Assembly (NCBI GenBank): GCA_964016885.1
Contig: OZ024742.1
Span: 375,906,001 to 375,970,000, forward strand
DNA from: Eledone cirrhosa
Taxonomy: Eukaryota
Reading direction: 5' to 3'
Length of the DNA: 64,000 nt
The notes beneath the pieces were generated by a model. That model was not told where the DNA came from and did not search any database. It worked only from the letters and a program-made list of their open reading frames with translations. Positions within the stretch are counted from its first letter, which is position 1; each line of letters starts with the position of its first letter. Positions 11,201 through 26,100 of this stretch are shown piece after piece. The position numbers were made by a program, and so were the translations under genes.

Positions 11201-14124
11201 TCTGGTTATATAAAACTAAATAGAGTACATCTGGTATTGACACTAGTACCAACCTAGTAAACACCAGCTCTGGTTATATAAAACTAGGGAGAGAACTGGT
11301 ATAGACACTAGTACCAACCTAGTAAACACCAGCTCTGGTTATATAAAACTAGATGGAGAACAACTGGTATTGACACTAGTACCAACCCAGTAAACACCAG
11401 CTCTGGTTATATAAAACTAGATAGAGAACAACTGGTATTGACACTAGTACCAACCTGGTAAACACCAGCTCTGGTTATATAAAATTAGATGGAGAACAAT
11501 TGATATTGACACTAGTACCAACATAGTAAACACCAGCTCTGGTTACATAAAACTAGATAGAGAACAACTGGTATTGAGACTAGTACCAACCTAGTAAACA
11601 CCAGCTCTGGTTATATAAAACTAGATAGAGAACAACTGGTATTGACACTAGTACCAACCTAGTAAACACCAGTTCTGGTTATATAAAACTAGATAGAAAA
11701 CAACTGGTATTGAGACTAGTACCAACCTAGTAAACACCAGCCCTGGTAATATAAAACTAGATAGAGAACAACTGGTATTGAAACTAGTACCAACCTAGTA
11801 AACACAAGCTCTGGTAATGTAAAACTAGATGGAGAACAACTGGTATTGACACTAGTACCAATCTAGTAAACACCAGCTCTGGTTATATAAAACTAGATAG
11901 AGAACAACTGGTATTGACACTAGTACCAACCTAGTAAACACCAGCTCTGGTTATATAAAACTAGATAGACAACTGGTATTGACACTAGTACCAACCTAGT
12001 AAACACTAGCTCTGGTTATATAAAACTAGATAGAGAACAACTGGTATTGACACTAGTACCAACCTAGTAAACACCAGCTCTGGTTATATAAAACTAGATG
12101 GAGAACAACTGGTATTGGCACTAGTACCAATCTAGTAAACACCAGCTCTGGTTATATAAAACTAGATAGAGAACAACTGGTATTGACACTAGTACCAACC
12201 TAGTAAACACCAGCTCTGGTTATATAAAACTAGATAGAGAACAACTGGTATTGACACTAATACCAACCTAGTAAACACCAGTTCTGGTTATATAGAATTG
12301 GATGGAGAACAATTGGTATTGACACTAGTACCAACCTAGTAAACACCAGCTCTGGTTATATAAAACTAGATGAGGAACAACTGGTATTGACACTAGTACC
12401 AACCTAGTAAACACCAGCCCTGGTAACATAAAACTAGATGGAGAACAACAGGTATTGACACTAGTACCAACCTAGTAAACACAAGCTCTGGTTATATAAA
12501 ACTAGATAGACAACTGGTATTGACACTAGTACCAACCTAGTAAACACCAGTTCTGGTTATATAAAATTAGATGGAGAACAATTGGTATTGACACTAGTAC
12601 CAACCTAGTAAACACCAGCTCTGGTTATATAAAACTAAATAGAGTACATCTGGTATTGACACTAGTACCAACCTAGTAAACACCAGCTCTGGTTATATAA
12701 AACTAGGGAGAGAACTGGTATAGACACTAGTACCCACCTAGTAAACAACAGCTCTGGTTATATAAAACTAGATGGAGAACAACTGGTATTGACACTAGTA
12801 CCAACCTAGTAAACAGCAGCTCTGGTTATATAAAACTAGATGGAGAACAACTGGTATTGACACTAGTACCAACCTGGTAAACACCAGCTCTGGTTATATA
12901 AAACTAGATAGAGAACAACTGGTATTGACACTAGTACCAACCTGGTAAACACCAGCTCTTGTTATATGAAATTAGATGGAGAACAATTGGTATTGACACT
13001 AGTACCAACATAGTAAACACCAGCTCTGGTTATATAAAACTAGATAGAGAACAACTGGTATTGAGACTAGTACCAACCTAGTAAACACCAGCTCTGGTTA
13101 TATAAAACTAGATAGAGAACAACTGGTATTGACACTAGTACCAACCTAGTAAACACCAGCTCTGGTTATATAAAACTAGATAGAGAACTGGTATTGAGAC
13201 TAGTACCAACCTAGTAAACACCATCCCTGGTAATATAAAACTAGATAGAGAACAACTGGTATTGAAACTAGTACCAATCTAGTAAACACAAGCTCTGGTA
13301 ATGTAAAACTAGATAGAGAACAACTGGTATTGAGACTAGTACCAATCTAGTAAACACCAGCTCTGGTTATATAAAACTAGATGGAGAACAACTGGTATTG
13401 ACACTAGTACCAATCTAGTAAACACCAGCTCTGGTTATATAAAACTAGATAGAGAACAACTGGTATTGACACTAGTACCAACCTAGTAAACACCAGCTCT
13501 GGTTATATAAAACTAGATAGACAACTGGTATTGACACTAGTACCAACCTAGTAAACACTAGCTCTGGTTATATAAAACTAGATAGAGAACAACTGGTATT
13601 GACACTAGTACCAACCTAGTAAACACTAGCTCTGGTTATATAAAACTAGATGGAGAACAACTGGTATTGACACTAGTACCAATCTAGTAAACACCAGCTC
13701 TGGTTATATAAAACTAGATAGAGAACAACTGGTATTGACACTAGTACCAACCTAGTAAACACCAGCTCTGGTTATATAACACTAGATAGAGAACAACTGG
13801 TATTGACACTAATACCAACCTAGTAAACACTAGCTCTGGTTATATAAAACTAGATGAGGAACAACTGGTATTGACACTAGTACCAACCTAGTAAACACCA
13901 GCCCTGGTAATATAAAACTAGATGGAGAACAACAGGTATTGACACTAGTACCAACCTAGTAAACACAAGCTCTGGTTATATAAAACTAGATAGACAACTG
14001 GTATTGACACTAGTACCAACCTAGTAAACACTAGCTCTGGTTATATAAAACTAGATAGAGAACAACTGGTATTGACACTAGTACCAACCTAGTAAACACA
14101 AGCTCTGGTTATATAAAACTAGAT
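5240..14124 (+). repeat. Tandem block duplication, period 4458 bp (~66 monomers)
   Basis: Rare markers share a constant offset: TAGTATCAACATAG 5571/10029, TACCAATCTAAT 5911/10369, AGTACCCACC 8271/12729, ACACTAGATA 9321/13779. Confidence 0.9.
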
Positions 14125-14989
14125 AGACAACTGGTATTGACACTAGTACCAACCTAGTAAACACCAGCTCTGGTTATATAAAATTAGATGGGGAACAATT
14201 AGTATTGACACTAGTACCAACCTAGTAAACACCAGCTCTGGTTATATAAAACTAAATAGAGTACATCTGGTATTGACACTAGTACCAACCTAGTAAACAC
14301 CAGCTCTGGTTATATAAAACTAGGGAGAGAACTGGTATTGACACTAGTACCAATCTAGTAAACACCAGCTCTGGCTATATAAAACTAGATAGAGAACAAC
14401 TGGTATTGACAGTAGTACCAACCTAGTAAACACCAGCTCTGGTTATATAAAACTAGATAGAGAACAACTGGTATTGACACTAATACCAACCTAGTAAACA
14501 CTAGCTCTGGTTATATAAAACTAGATGAGGAACAACTGGTATTGACACTAGTACCAACCTAGTAAACACCAGCCCTGGTAATATAAAACTAGATGGAGAA
14601 CAACAGGTATTGACACTAGTACCAACCTAGTAAACACAAGCTCTGGTTATATAAAACTAGATAGACAACTGGTATTGACACTAGTACCAACCTAGTAAAC
14701 ACCAGCTCTGGTTATATAAAATTAGATGGGGAACAATTAGTATTGACACTAGTACCAACCTAGTAAACACCAGCTCTGGTTATATAAAACTAAATAGAGT
14801 ACATCTGGTATTGACACTAGTACCAACCTAGTAAACACCAGCTCTGGTTATATAAAACTAGGGAGAGAACTGGTATAGACACTAGTACCAACCTAGTAAA
14901 CACCAGCTCTGGTTATATAAAACTAGGGAGAGAACTGGTATAGACACTAGTACCAACCTAGTAAACACCAGCTCTGGTTATATAAAACT

Positions 14990-17180
14990 AGATAGACAAC
15001 TGGTATTGACACTAGTACCAACCTAGTAAACACTAGCTCTGGTTATATAAAACTAGATAGAGAACAACTGGTATTGACACTAGTACCAACCTAGTAAACA
15101 CCAGCTCTGGTTATATAAAACTAGATGGAGAACAACTGGTATTGGCACTAGTACCAATCTAGTAAACACCAGCTCTGGTTATATAAAACTAGATAGAGAA
15201 CAACTGGTATTGACACTAGTACCAAACTAGTAAACACCAGCTCTGGTTATATAAAACTAGATAGAGAACAACTGGTATTGACACTAATACCAACCTAGTA
15301 AACACCAGTTCTGGTTATATAAAATTAGATGGAGAACAATTGGTATTGACACTAGTACCAACCTAGTAAACACCAGCTCTGGTTATATAAAACTAAATAG
15401 AGTACATCTGGTATTGACACTAGTACCAACCTAGTAAACACTAGCTCTGGTTATATAAAACTAGATGAGGAACAACTGGTATTGACACTAGTACCAACCT
15501 AGTAAACACCAGCCCTGGTAATATAAAACTAGATGGAGAACAACAGGTATTGACACTAGTACCAACCTAGTAAACACAAGCTCTGGTTATATAAAACTAG
15601 ATAGACAACTGGTATTGACACTAGTACCAACCTAGTAAACACCAGTTCTGGTTATATAAAATTAGATGGAGAACAATTGGTATTGACACTAGTACCAACC
15701 TAGTAAACACCAGCTCTGGTTATATAAAACTAAATAGAGTACATCTGGTATTGACACTAGTACCAACCTAGTAAACACCAGCTCTGGTTATATAAAACTA
15801 GGGAGAGAACTGGTATAGACACTAGTACCCACCTAGTAAACAACAGCTCTGGTTATATAAAACTAGATGGAGAACAACTGGTATTGACACTAGTACCAAC
15901 CTAGTAAACAGCAGCTCTGGTTATATAAAACTAGATGGAAAACAACTGGTATTGACACTAGTACCAACCTGGTAAACACCAGCTCTGGTTATATGAAATT
16001 AGATGGAGAACAATTGGTATTGACACTAGTAACAACATAGTAAACACCAGCTCTGGTTATATAAAACTAGATAGAGAACAACTGGTATTGAGACTACTAC
16101 CAACCTAGTAAACACCAGCTCTGGTTATATAAAACTAGATAGAGAACAACTGGTATTGACACTAGTACCAACCTAGTAAACACCAGCTCTGGTTATATAA
16201 AACTAGATAGAGAACAACAGGTATTGACACTAGTACCAACCTAGTAAACACCAGCTCTGGTTATATAAAACTAGATAGAGAACTGGTATTGAGACTAGTA
16301 CCAACCTAGTAAACACCATCCCTGGTAATATAAAACTAGATAGAGAACAACTGGTATTGAAACTAGTACCAATCTAGTAAACACAAGCTCTGGTAATGTA
16401 AAACTAGATAGAGAACAACTGGTATTGAGACTAGTACCAATCTAGTAAACACCAGCTCTGGTTATATAAAACTAGATGGAGAACAACTGGTATTGACACT
16501 AGTACCAATCTAGTAAACACCAGCTCTGGTTATATAAAACTAGATAGAGAACAACTGGTATTGACACTAGTACCAACCTAGTAAACACCAGCTCTGGTTA
16601 TATAAAACTAGATAGACAACTGGTATTGACACTAGTACCAACCTAGTAAACACTAGCTCTGGTTATATAAAACTAGATAGAGAACAACTGGTATTGACAC
16701 TAGTACCAACCTAGTAAACACTAGCTCTGGTTATATAAAACTAGATGGAGAACAACTGGTATTGACACTAGTACGAATCTAGTAAACACCAGCTCTGGTT
16801 ATATAAAACTAGATAGAGAACAACTGGTATTGACACTAGTACCAACCTAGTAAACACCAGCTCTGATTATATAACACTAGATAGAGAACAACTGGTATTG
16901 ACACTAATACCAACCTAGTAAACACTAGCTCTGGTTATATAAAACTAGATGAGGAACAACTGGTATTGACACTAGTACCAACCTAGTAAACACCAGCCCT
17001 GGTAATATAAAACTAGATGGAGAACAACAGGTATTGACACTAGTACCAACCTAGTAAACACAAGCTCTGGTTATATAAAACTAGATAGACAACTGGTATT
17101 GACACTAGTACCAACCTAGTAAACACTAGCTCTGGTTATATAAAACTAGATAGAGAACAACTGGTATTGACACTAGTACC
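14990..17180 (+). repeat. Third, partial copy of ~11.9-14.1 kb (offset 3027 then 3095 bp)
   Basis: ATTGGCACT 12114/15141, AGTACCCACC 12729/15824, ATAACACTAG 13776/16871. Confidence 0.75.
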
Positions 17181-17859
17181 AACCTAGTAAACACTAGCTC
17201 TGGTTATATAAAACTAGATGGAGAACAACTGGTATTGACACTAGTACCAATCTAGTAAACACCAGCTCTGGCTATATAAAACTAGATAGAGAACAACTGG
17301 TATTGACACTAGTACCAACCTAGTAAACACCAGCTCTGGTTATATAAAACTAGATAGAGAACAACTGGTATTGACACTAATACCAACCTAGTAAACACTA
17401 GCTCTGGTTATATAAAACTAGATGAGGAACAACTGGTATTGACACTAGTACCAACCTAGTAAACACCAGCCCTGGTAATATAAAACTAGATGGAGAACAA
17501 CAGGTATTGACACTAGTACCAACCTAGTAAACACAAGCTCTGGTTATATAAAACTAGATAGACAACTGGTATTGACACTAGTACCAACCTAGTAAACACC
17601 AGCTCTGGTTATATAAAATTAGATGGGGAACAATTAGTATTGACACTAGTACCAACCTAGTAAACACCAGCTCTGGTTATATAAAACTAAATAGAGTACA
17701 TCTGGTATTGACACTAGTACCAACCTAGTAAACACCAGCTCTGGTTATATAAAACTAGGGAGAGAACTGGTATAGACACTAGTACCAACCTAGTAAACAC
17801 CAGCTCTGCTTATATAAAACTAGGGAGAGAACTGGTATAGACACTAGTACCAACCTAGT

Positions 17860-20800
17860 AAACACCAGCTCTGGTTATATAAAACTAGATGGAGAACAAC
17901 TGGTATTGACACTAGTACCAACCCAGTAAACACCAGCTCTGGTTATATAAAACTAGATAGAGAACAACTGGTATTGACACTAGTACCAACCTGGTAAACA
18001 CCAGCTCTGGTTACATAAAATTAGATGGAGAACAATTGATATTGACACTAGTACCAACATAGTAAACACCAGCTCTGGTTATATAAAACTAGATAGAGAA
18101 CAACTGGTATTGACACTAGTACCAACCTAGTAAACACCAGCTCTGGTTATAGAAAACTAGGGAGAGAACTGGTATAGACACTAGTACCAACCTAGTAAAC
18201 ACCAGCTCTGGTTATATAAAACTAGGGAGAGAACTGGTATAGACACTAGTACCAACCTAGTAAACACCAGCTCTGGTTATATAAAGCTAGATGGAGAACA
18301 ACTGGTATTGACACTAGTACCAACCCAGTAAACACCAGCTCTGGTTATATAAAACTAGATAGAGAACAACTGGTATTGACACTAGTACCAACCTGGTAAA
18401 CACCAGCTCTGGTTATATAAAATTAGATGGAGAACAATTGATATTGACACTAGTACCAACATAGTAAACACCAGCTCTGGTTATATAAAACTAGATAGAG
18501 AACAACTGGTATTGAAACTAGTACCAACCTAGTAAACACCAGCTCTGGTTATATAAAACTAGATAGAGAACAACTGGTATTGACACTAGTACCAACCTAG
18601 TAAACACCAGTTCTGGTTATATAAAACTAGATAGAAAACAACTGGTATTGACACTAGTACCAACCTAGTAAACACTAAGCTCTGGTTATATAAAACTAGA
18701 TGAGGAACAACTGGTATTGACACTAGTACCAACCTAGTAAACACCAGCCCTGGTAATATAAAACTAGATAGAGAACAACTGGTATTGAAACTAGTACCAA
18801 TCTAGTAAACACAAGCTCTGGTAATATAAAACTAGATAGAGAACAACTGGTATTGAGACTAGTACCAACCTAGTAAACACCAGCTCTGGTTATATAAAAC
18901 TAGATAGAGAACAACTGGTATTGACACTAGTACCAACCTAGTAAACACTAAGCTCTGGTTATATAAAACTAGATGAGGAACAACTGGTATTGACACTAGT
19001 ACCAACCTAGTAAACACCAGCTCTGATTATATAAAACTAGATAGAGAACAACTGGTATTGACACTAGTACCAACCTGGTAAACACCAGCTCTGGTTATAT
19101 AAGATTAGATGGAGAACAATTGGTATTGTAACTAGTACCAACCTAGAAAACACCAGCTCTGTTTATATAAAATTAGATAGAGAACAACTGGTATTGACAC
19201 TAGTACCAACCTAGTAAACACCAGCTCTGGTCATATAAAACTAGATAGAGAACAACTGGTATTGACACTAATACCAACCTAGTAAACACCAGCTCTGGTT
19301 ATATAAAACTAGATAGAGAACAACTGGTATTGACACTAGTACCAACCTAGTAAACACCAGCTCTGGTTATATAAAACTAGATAGAGAACAACTGGTATTG
19401 ACACTAGTACCAACCTAGTAAACACTAGCTCTGGTTATATAAAACTAGATAGAGAACAACAGGTATTGACACTAGTACCAACCTAGTAAACACCAGCTCT
19501 GGTTATATAAAACTAGGGAGAGACTGGTATAGACACTAGTACCAACCTAGTAAACACCAGCTCTGGTTATATAAAGCTAGATGGAGAACAACTGGTATTG
19601 ACACTAGTACCAACCTAGTAAACACTAGCTCTGGTTATATAAAACTAGATGGAGAACAACTGGTATTGACACTAGTACCAATCTAGTAAACACCAGCTCT
19701 GGTTATATAACACTAGATAGAGAACAACTGGTATTGACGCTAGTACCAACCTAGTAAACACTAAGCTCTGGTTATATAAAACTAGATGAGGAACAACTGG
19801 TATTGACACTAGTACCAACCTAGTAAACACTAGCTCTGGTTATATAAAACTAGATGGAGAACAACTGGTATTGACACTAGTACCAACCTAGCAAACACTA
19901 GCTCTGGTTATATAAAACTAGATGGAGAACAACTGGTATTGACACTAGTACCAATCTAGTAAACACCAGCTCTGGTTATATAAAACTAGATAGAGAACAA
20001 CTGGTATTGACACTAGTACCAACCTAGTAAACACCAGCTCTGGTTATATAACACTAGATAGAGAACAACTGGTATTGACACTAATACCAACCTAGTAAAC
20101 ACTAGCTCTGGTTATATAAAACTAGATGAGGAACAACTGGTATTGACACTAGTACCAACCTAGTAAACACCAGCCCTGGTAATATAAAACTAGATGGAGA
20201 ACAACAGGTATTGACACTAGTACCAACCTAGTAAACACAAGCTCTGGTTATATAAAACTAGATAGACAACTGGTATTGACACTAGTACCAACCTAGTAAA
20301 CACTAGCTCTGGTTATATAAAACTAGATAGAGAACAACTGGTATTGACACTAGTACCAACCTAGTAAACACTAGCTCTGGTTATATAAAACTAGATGGAG
20401 AACAACTGGTATTGACACTAGTACCAATCTAGTAAACACCAGCTCTGGCTATATAAAACTAGATAGAGAACAACTGGTATTGACACTAGTACCAACCTAG
20501 TAAACACCAGCTCTGGTTATATAAAACTAGATGGAGAACAACTGGTATTGACACTAGTACCAACCCAGTAAACACCAGCTCTGGTTATATAAAACTAGAT
20601 AGAGAACAACTGGTATTGACACTAGTACCAACCTGGTAAACACCAGCTCTGGTTACATAAAATTAGATGGAGAACAATTGATATTGACACTAGTACCAAC
20701 ATAGTAAACACCAGCTCTGGTTATATAAAACTAGATAGAGAACAACTGGTATTGACACTAGTACCAACCTAGTAAACACCAGCTCTGGTTATAGAAAACT

Positions 20801-23175
20801 AGGGAGAGAACTGGTATAGACACTAGTACCAACCTAGTAAACACCAGCTCTGGTTATATAAAACTAGGGAGAGAACTGGTATAGACACTAGTACCAACCT
20901 AGTAAACACCAGCTCTGGTTATATAAAGCTAGATGGAGAACAACTGGTATTGACACTAGTACCAACCCAGTAAACACCAGCTCTGGTTATATAAAACTAG
21001 ATAGAGAACAACTGGTATTGACACTAGTACCAACCTGGTAAACACCAGCTCTGGTTATATAAAATTAGATGGAGAACAATTGATATTGACACTAGTACCA
21101 ACATAGTAAACACCAGCTCTGGTTATATAAAACTAGATAGAGAACAACTGGTATTGAAACTAGTACCAACCTAGTAAACACCAGCTCTGGTTATATAAAA
21201 CTAGATAGAGAACAACTGGTATTGACACTAGTACCAACCTAGTAAACACCAGTTCTGGTTATATAAAACTAGATAGAAAACAACTGGTATTGACACTAGT
21301 ACCAACCTAGTAAACACTAAGCTCTGGTTATATAAAACTAGATGAGGAACAACTGGTATTGACACTAGTACCAACCTAGTAAACACCAGCCCTGGTAATA
21401 TAAAACTAGATAGAGAACAACTGGTATTGAAACTAGTACCAATCTAGTAAACACAAGCTCTGGTAATATAAAACTAGATAGAGAACAACTGGTATTGAGA
21501 CTAGTACCAACCTAGTAAACACCAGCTCTGGTTATATAAAACTAGATAGAGAACAACTGGTATTGACACTAGTACCAACCTAGTAAACACTAAGCTCTGG
21601 TTATATAAAACTAGATGAGGAACAACTGGTATTGACACTAGTACCAACCTAGTAAACACCAGCTCTGATTATATAAAACTAGATAGAGAACAACTGGTAT
21701 TGACACTAGTACCAACCTGGTAAACACCAGCTCTGGTTATATAAGATTAGATGGAGAACAATTGGTATTGTAACTAGTACCAACCTAGAAAACACCAGCT
21801 CTGTTTATATAAAATTAGATAGAGAACAACTGGTATTGACACTAGTACCAACCTAGTAAACACCAGCTCTGGTCATATAAAACTAGATAGAGAACAACTG
21901 GTATTGACACTAATACCAACCTAGTAAACACCAGCTCTGGTTATATAAAACTAGATAGAGAACAACTGGTATTGACACTAGTACCAACCTAGTAAACACC
22001 AGCTCTGGTTATATAAAACTAGATAGAGAACAACTGGTATTGACACTAGTACCAACCTAGTAAACACTAGCTCTGGTTATATAAAACTAGATAGAGAACA
22101 ACAGGTATTGACACTAGTACCAACCTAGTAAACACCAGCTCTGGTTATATAAAACTAGGGAGAGACTGGTATAGACACTAGTACCAACCTAGTAAACACC
22201 AGCTCTGGTTATATAAAGCTAGATGGAGAACAACTGGTATTGACACTAGTACCAACCTAGTAAACACTAGCTCTGGTTATATAAAACTAGATGGAGAACA
22301 ACTGGTATTGACACTAGTACCAATCTAGTAAACACCAGCTCTGGTTATATAACACTAGATAGAGAACAACTGGTATTGACACTAGTACCAACCTAGTAAA
22401 CACTAAGCTCTGGTTATATAAAACTAGATGAGGAACAACTGGTATTGACACTAGTACCAACCTAGTAAACACTAGCTCTGGTTATATAAAACTAGATGGA
22501 GAACAACTGGTATTGACACTAGTACCAACCTAGCAAACACTAGCTCTGGTTATATAAAACTAGATGGAGAACAACTGGTATTGACACTAGTACCAATCTA
22601 GTAAACACCAGCTCTGGTTATATAAAACTAGATAGAGAACAACTGGTATTGACACTAGTACCAACCTAGTAAACACCAGCTCTGGTTATATAACACTAGA
22701 TAGAGAACAACTGGTATTGACACTAATACCAACCTAGTAAACACTAGCTCTGGTTATATAAAACTAGATGAGGAACAACTGGTATTGACACTAGTACCAA
22801 CCTAGTAAACACCAGCCCTGGTAATATAAAACTAGATGGAGAACAACAGGTATTGACACTAGTACCAACCTAGTAAACACAAGCTCTGGTTATATAAAAC
22901 TAGATAGACAACTGGTATTGACACTAGTACCAACCTAGTAAACACTAGCTCTGGTTATATAAAACTAGATAGAGAACAACTGGTATTGACACTAGTACCA
23001 ACCTAGTAAACACTAGCTCTGGTTATATAAAACTAGATGGAGAACAACTGGTATTGACACTAGTACCAATCTAGTAAACACCAGCTCTGGCTATATAAAA
23101 CTAGATAGAGAACAACTGGTATTGACACTAGTACCAACCTAGTAAACACCAGCTCTGGTTATATAAAACTAGATA
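17860..23175 (+). repeat. Tandem block duplication, period 2642 bp (~39 monomers)
   Basis: ATAGAAAACT 18149/20791, ATTG-TAACT 19129/21771, TAGCAAAC 19889/22531, GGCTAT 20447/23089. Confidence 0.9.
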
Positions 23176-26100
23176 GAGAACAACTGGTATTGACACTAGT
23201 ACCAACCTAGTAAACACCAGCCCTGGTAATATAAAACTAGATGGAGAACAACAGGTATTGACACTAGTACCAACCTAGTAAACACAAGCTCTGGTTATAT
23301 AAAACTAGATAGACAACTGGTATTGACACTAGTACCAACCTAGTAAACACCAGCTCTGGTTATATAAAATTAGATGGGGAACAATTAGTATTGACACTAG
23401 TACCAACCTAGTAAACACCAGCTCTGGTTATATAAAACTAAATAGAGTACATCTGGTATTGACACTAGTACCAACCTAGTAAACACCAGCTCTGGTTATA
23501 TAAAACTAGGGAGAGAACTGGTATAGACACTAGTACCAACCTAGTAAACACCAGCTCTGGTTATATAAAACTAGATGGAGAACAACTGGTATTGACACTA
23601 GTACCAACCCAGTAAACACCAGCTCTGGTTATATAAAACTAGATATAGAACAACTGGTATTGACACTAGTACCAACCTGGTAAAGACCAGCTCTGGTTAC
23701 ATAAAATTAGATGGAGAACAATTGATATTGACACTAGTACCAACATAGTAAACACCAGCTCTGGTTATATAAAACTAGATAGAGAACAACTGGTATTGAC
23801 ACTAGTACCAACCTAGTAAACACCAGCTCTGGTTATAGAAAACTAGGGAGAGAACTGGTATAGACACTAGTACCAACCTAGTAAACACCAGCTCTGGTTA
23901 TATAAAACTAGGGAGAGAACTGGTATAGACACTAGTACCAACCTAGTAAACACCAGCTCTGGTTATATAAAGCTAGATGGAGAACAACTGGTATTGACAC
24001 TAGTACCAACCCAGTAAACACCAGCTCTGGTTATATAAAACTAGATAGAGAACAACTGGTATTGACACTAGTACCAACCTGGTAAACACCAGCTCTGGTT
24101 ATATAAAATTAGATGGAGAACAATTGATATTGACACTAGTACCAACATAGTAAACACCAGCGCTGGTTATATAAAACTAGATAGAGAACAACTGGTATTG
24201 AAACTAGTACCAACCTAGTAAACACCAGCTCTGGTTATATAAAACTAGATAGAGAACAACTGGTATTGACACTAGTACCAACCTAGTAAACACCAGTTCT
24301 GGTTATATAAAACTAGATAGAAAACAACTGGTATTGAGACTAGTACCAACCTAGTAAACACCAGCCCTGGTAATATAAAACTAGATAGAGAACAACTGGT
24401 ATTGAAACTAGTACCAATCTAGTAAACACAAGCTCTGGTAATATAAAACTAGATAGAGAACAACTGGTATTGAGACTAGTACCAACCTAGTAAACACCAG
24501 CTCTGGTTATATAAAACTAGATAGAGAACAACTGGTATTGACACTAGTACCAACCTAGTAAACACAAAGCTCTGGTTATATAAAACTAGATGAGGAACAA
24601 CTGGTATTGACACTAGTACCAACCTAGTAAACACCAGCTCTGATTATATAAAACTAGATAGAGAACAACTGGTATTGACACTGGTACCAACCTGGTAAAC
24701 ACCAGCTCTGGTTATATAAGATTAGATGGAGAACAATTGGTATTGAAACTAGTACCAACCTAGAAAACACCAGCGCTGTTTATATAAAATTAGATAGAGA
24801 ACAACTGGTATTGACACTAGTACCAACCTAGTAAACACCAGCTCTGGTCATATAAAACTAGATAGAGAACAACTGGTATTGACACTAATACCAACCTAGT
24901 AAACACCAGCTCTGGTTATATAAAACTAGATAGAGAACAACTGGTATTGACACTAGTACCAACCTAGTAAACACCAGCTCTGGTTATATAAAACTAGATA
25001 GAGAACAACTGGTATTGACACTAGTACCAACCTAGTAAACACTAGCTCTGGTTATATAAAACTAGATAGAGAACAACAGGTATTGACACTAGTACCAACC
25101 TAGTAAACACCAGCTCTGGTTATATAAAACTAGGGAGAGACTGGTATAGACACTAGTACCAACCTAGTAAACACCAGCTCTGGTTATATAAAGCTAGATA
25201 GAGAACAATGGTATTGACACTAGTACCAACCTAGTAAACACCAGCTCTGGTTATATAAAACTAGATAGACAACTGGTATTGACACTAGTACCAACCTAGT
25301 AAACACCAGTTCTGGTTATATAAAACTAGATAGACAACTGGTATTGACACTAGTACCAACCTAGTAAACACCAGCCCTGGTAATATAAAACTAGATAGAG
25401 AACAACTGGTATTGACACTAGTACCAACCTAGTAAACACCAGCTCTGGTTATATAAAACTAGGGAGAGAACTGATATACACACTAGTATCAACCTAGTAA
25501 ACACCAGCTCTGGTTATATAAAACTAGATAGAGAACAACTGGTATTGACACTAGTACCAACCTAGTAAACACCAGCTCTGGTTATATAAAACTAGATAGA
25601 GAACAACTGGTATTGACACTAGTACCAACCTAGTAAACACCAGCTCTGGTTATATAAAACTAGATGGAGAACAACTGGTATTGACACTAGTACCAACCTA
25701 GTAAACACCAGCTCTGGTTATATAAAACTAGATTGAGAACAACTGGTATCGACACTAGTACCAACCTGGTAAACACCAGCTCTTGTTATATGAAATTAGA
25801 TGGAGAACAATTGGTATTGACACTAGTACCAACATAGTAAACACCACCTCTGGTTATATAAAACTAGATAGAGAACAACTGGTATTGAGACTAGTACCAA
25901 CCTAGTAAACACCAGCTCTGGTTATATAAAACTAGATAGAGAACAACTGGTATTGACACTAGTACCAACCTAGTAAACACCAGCTCTGGTTATATAAAAC
26001 TAGATAGAGAACTGGTATTGAGACTAGTACCAATCTAGTAAACACCAGCTCTGGTTATATAAAACTAGATAGAGAACAACTGGTATTGACACTAGTACCA

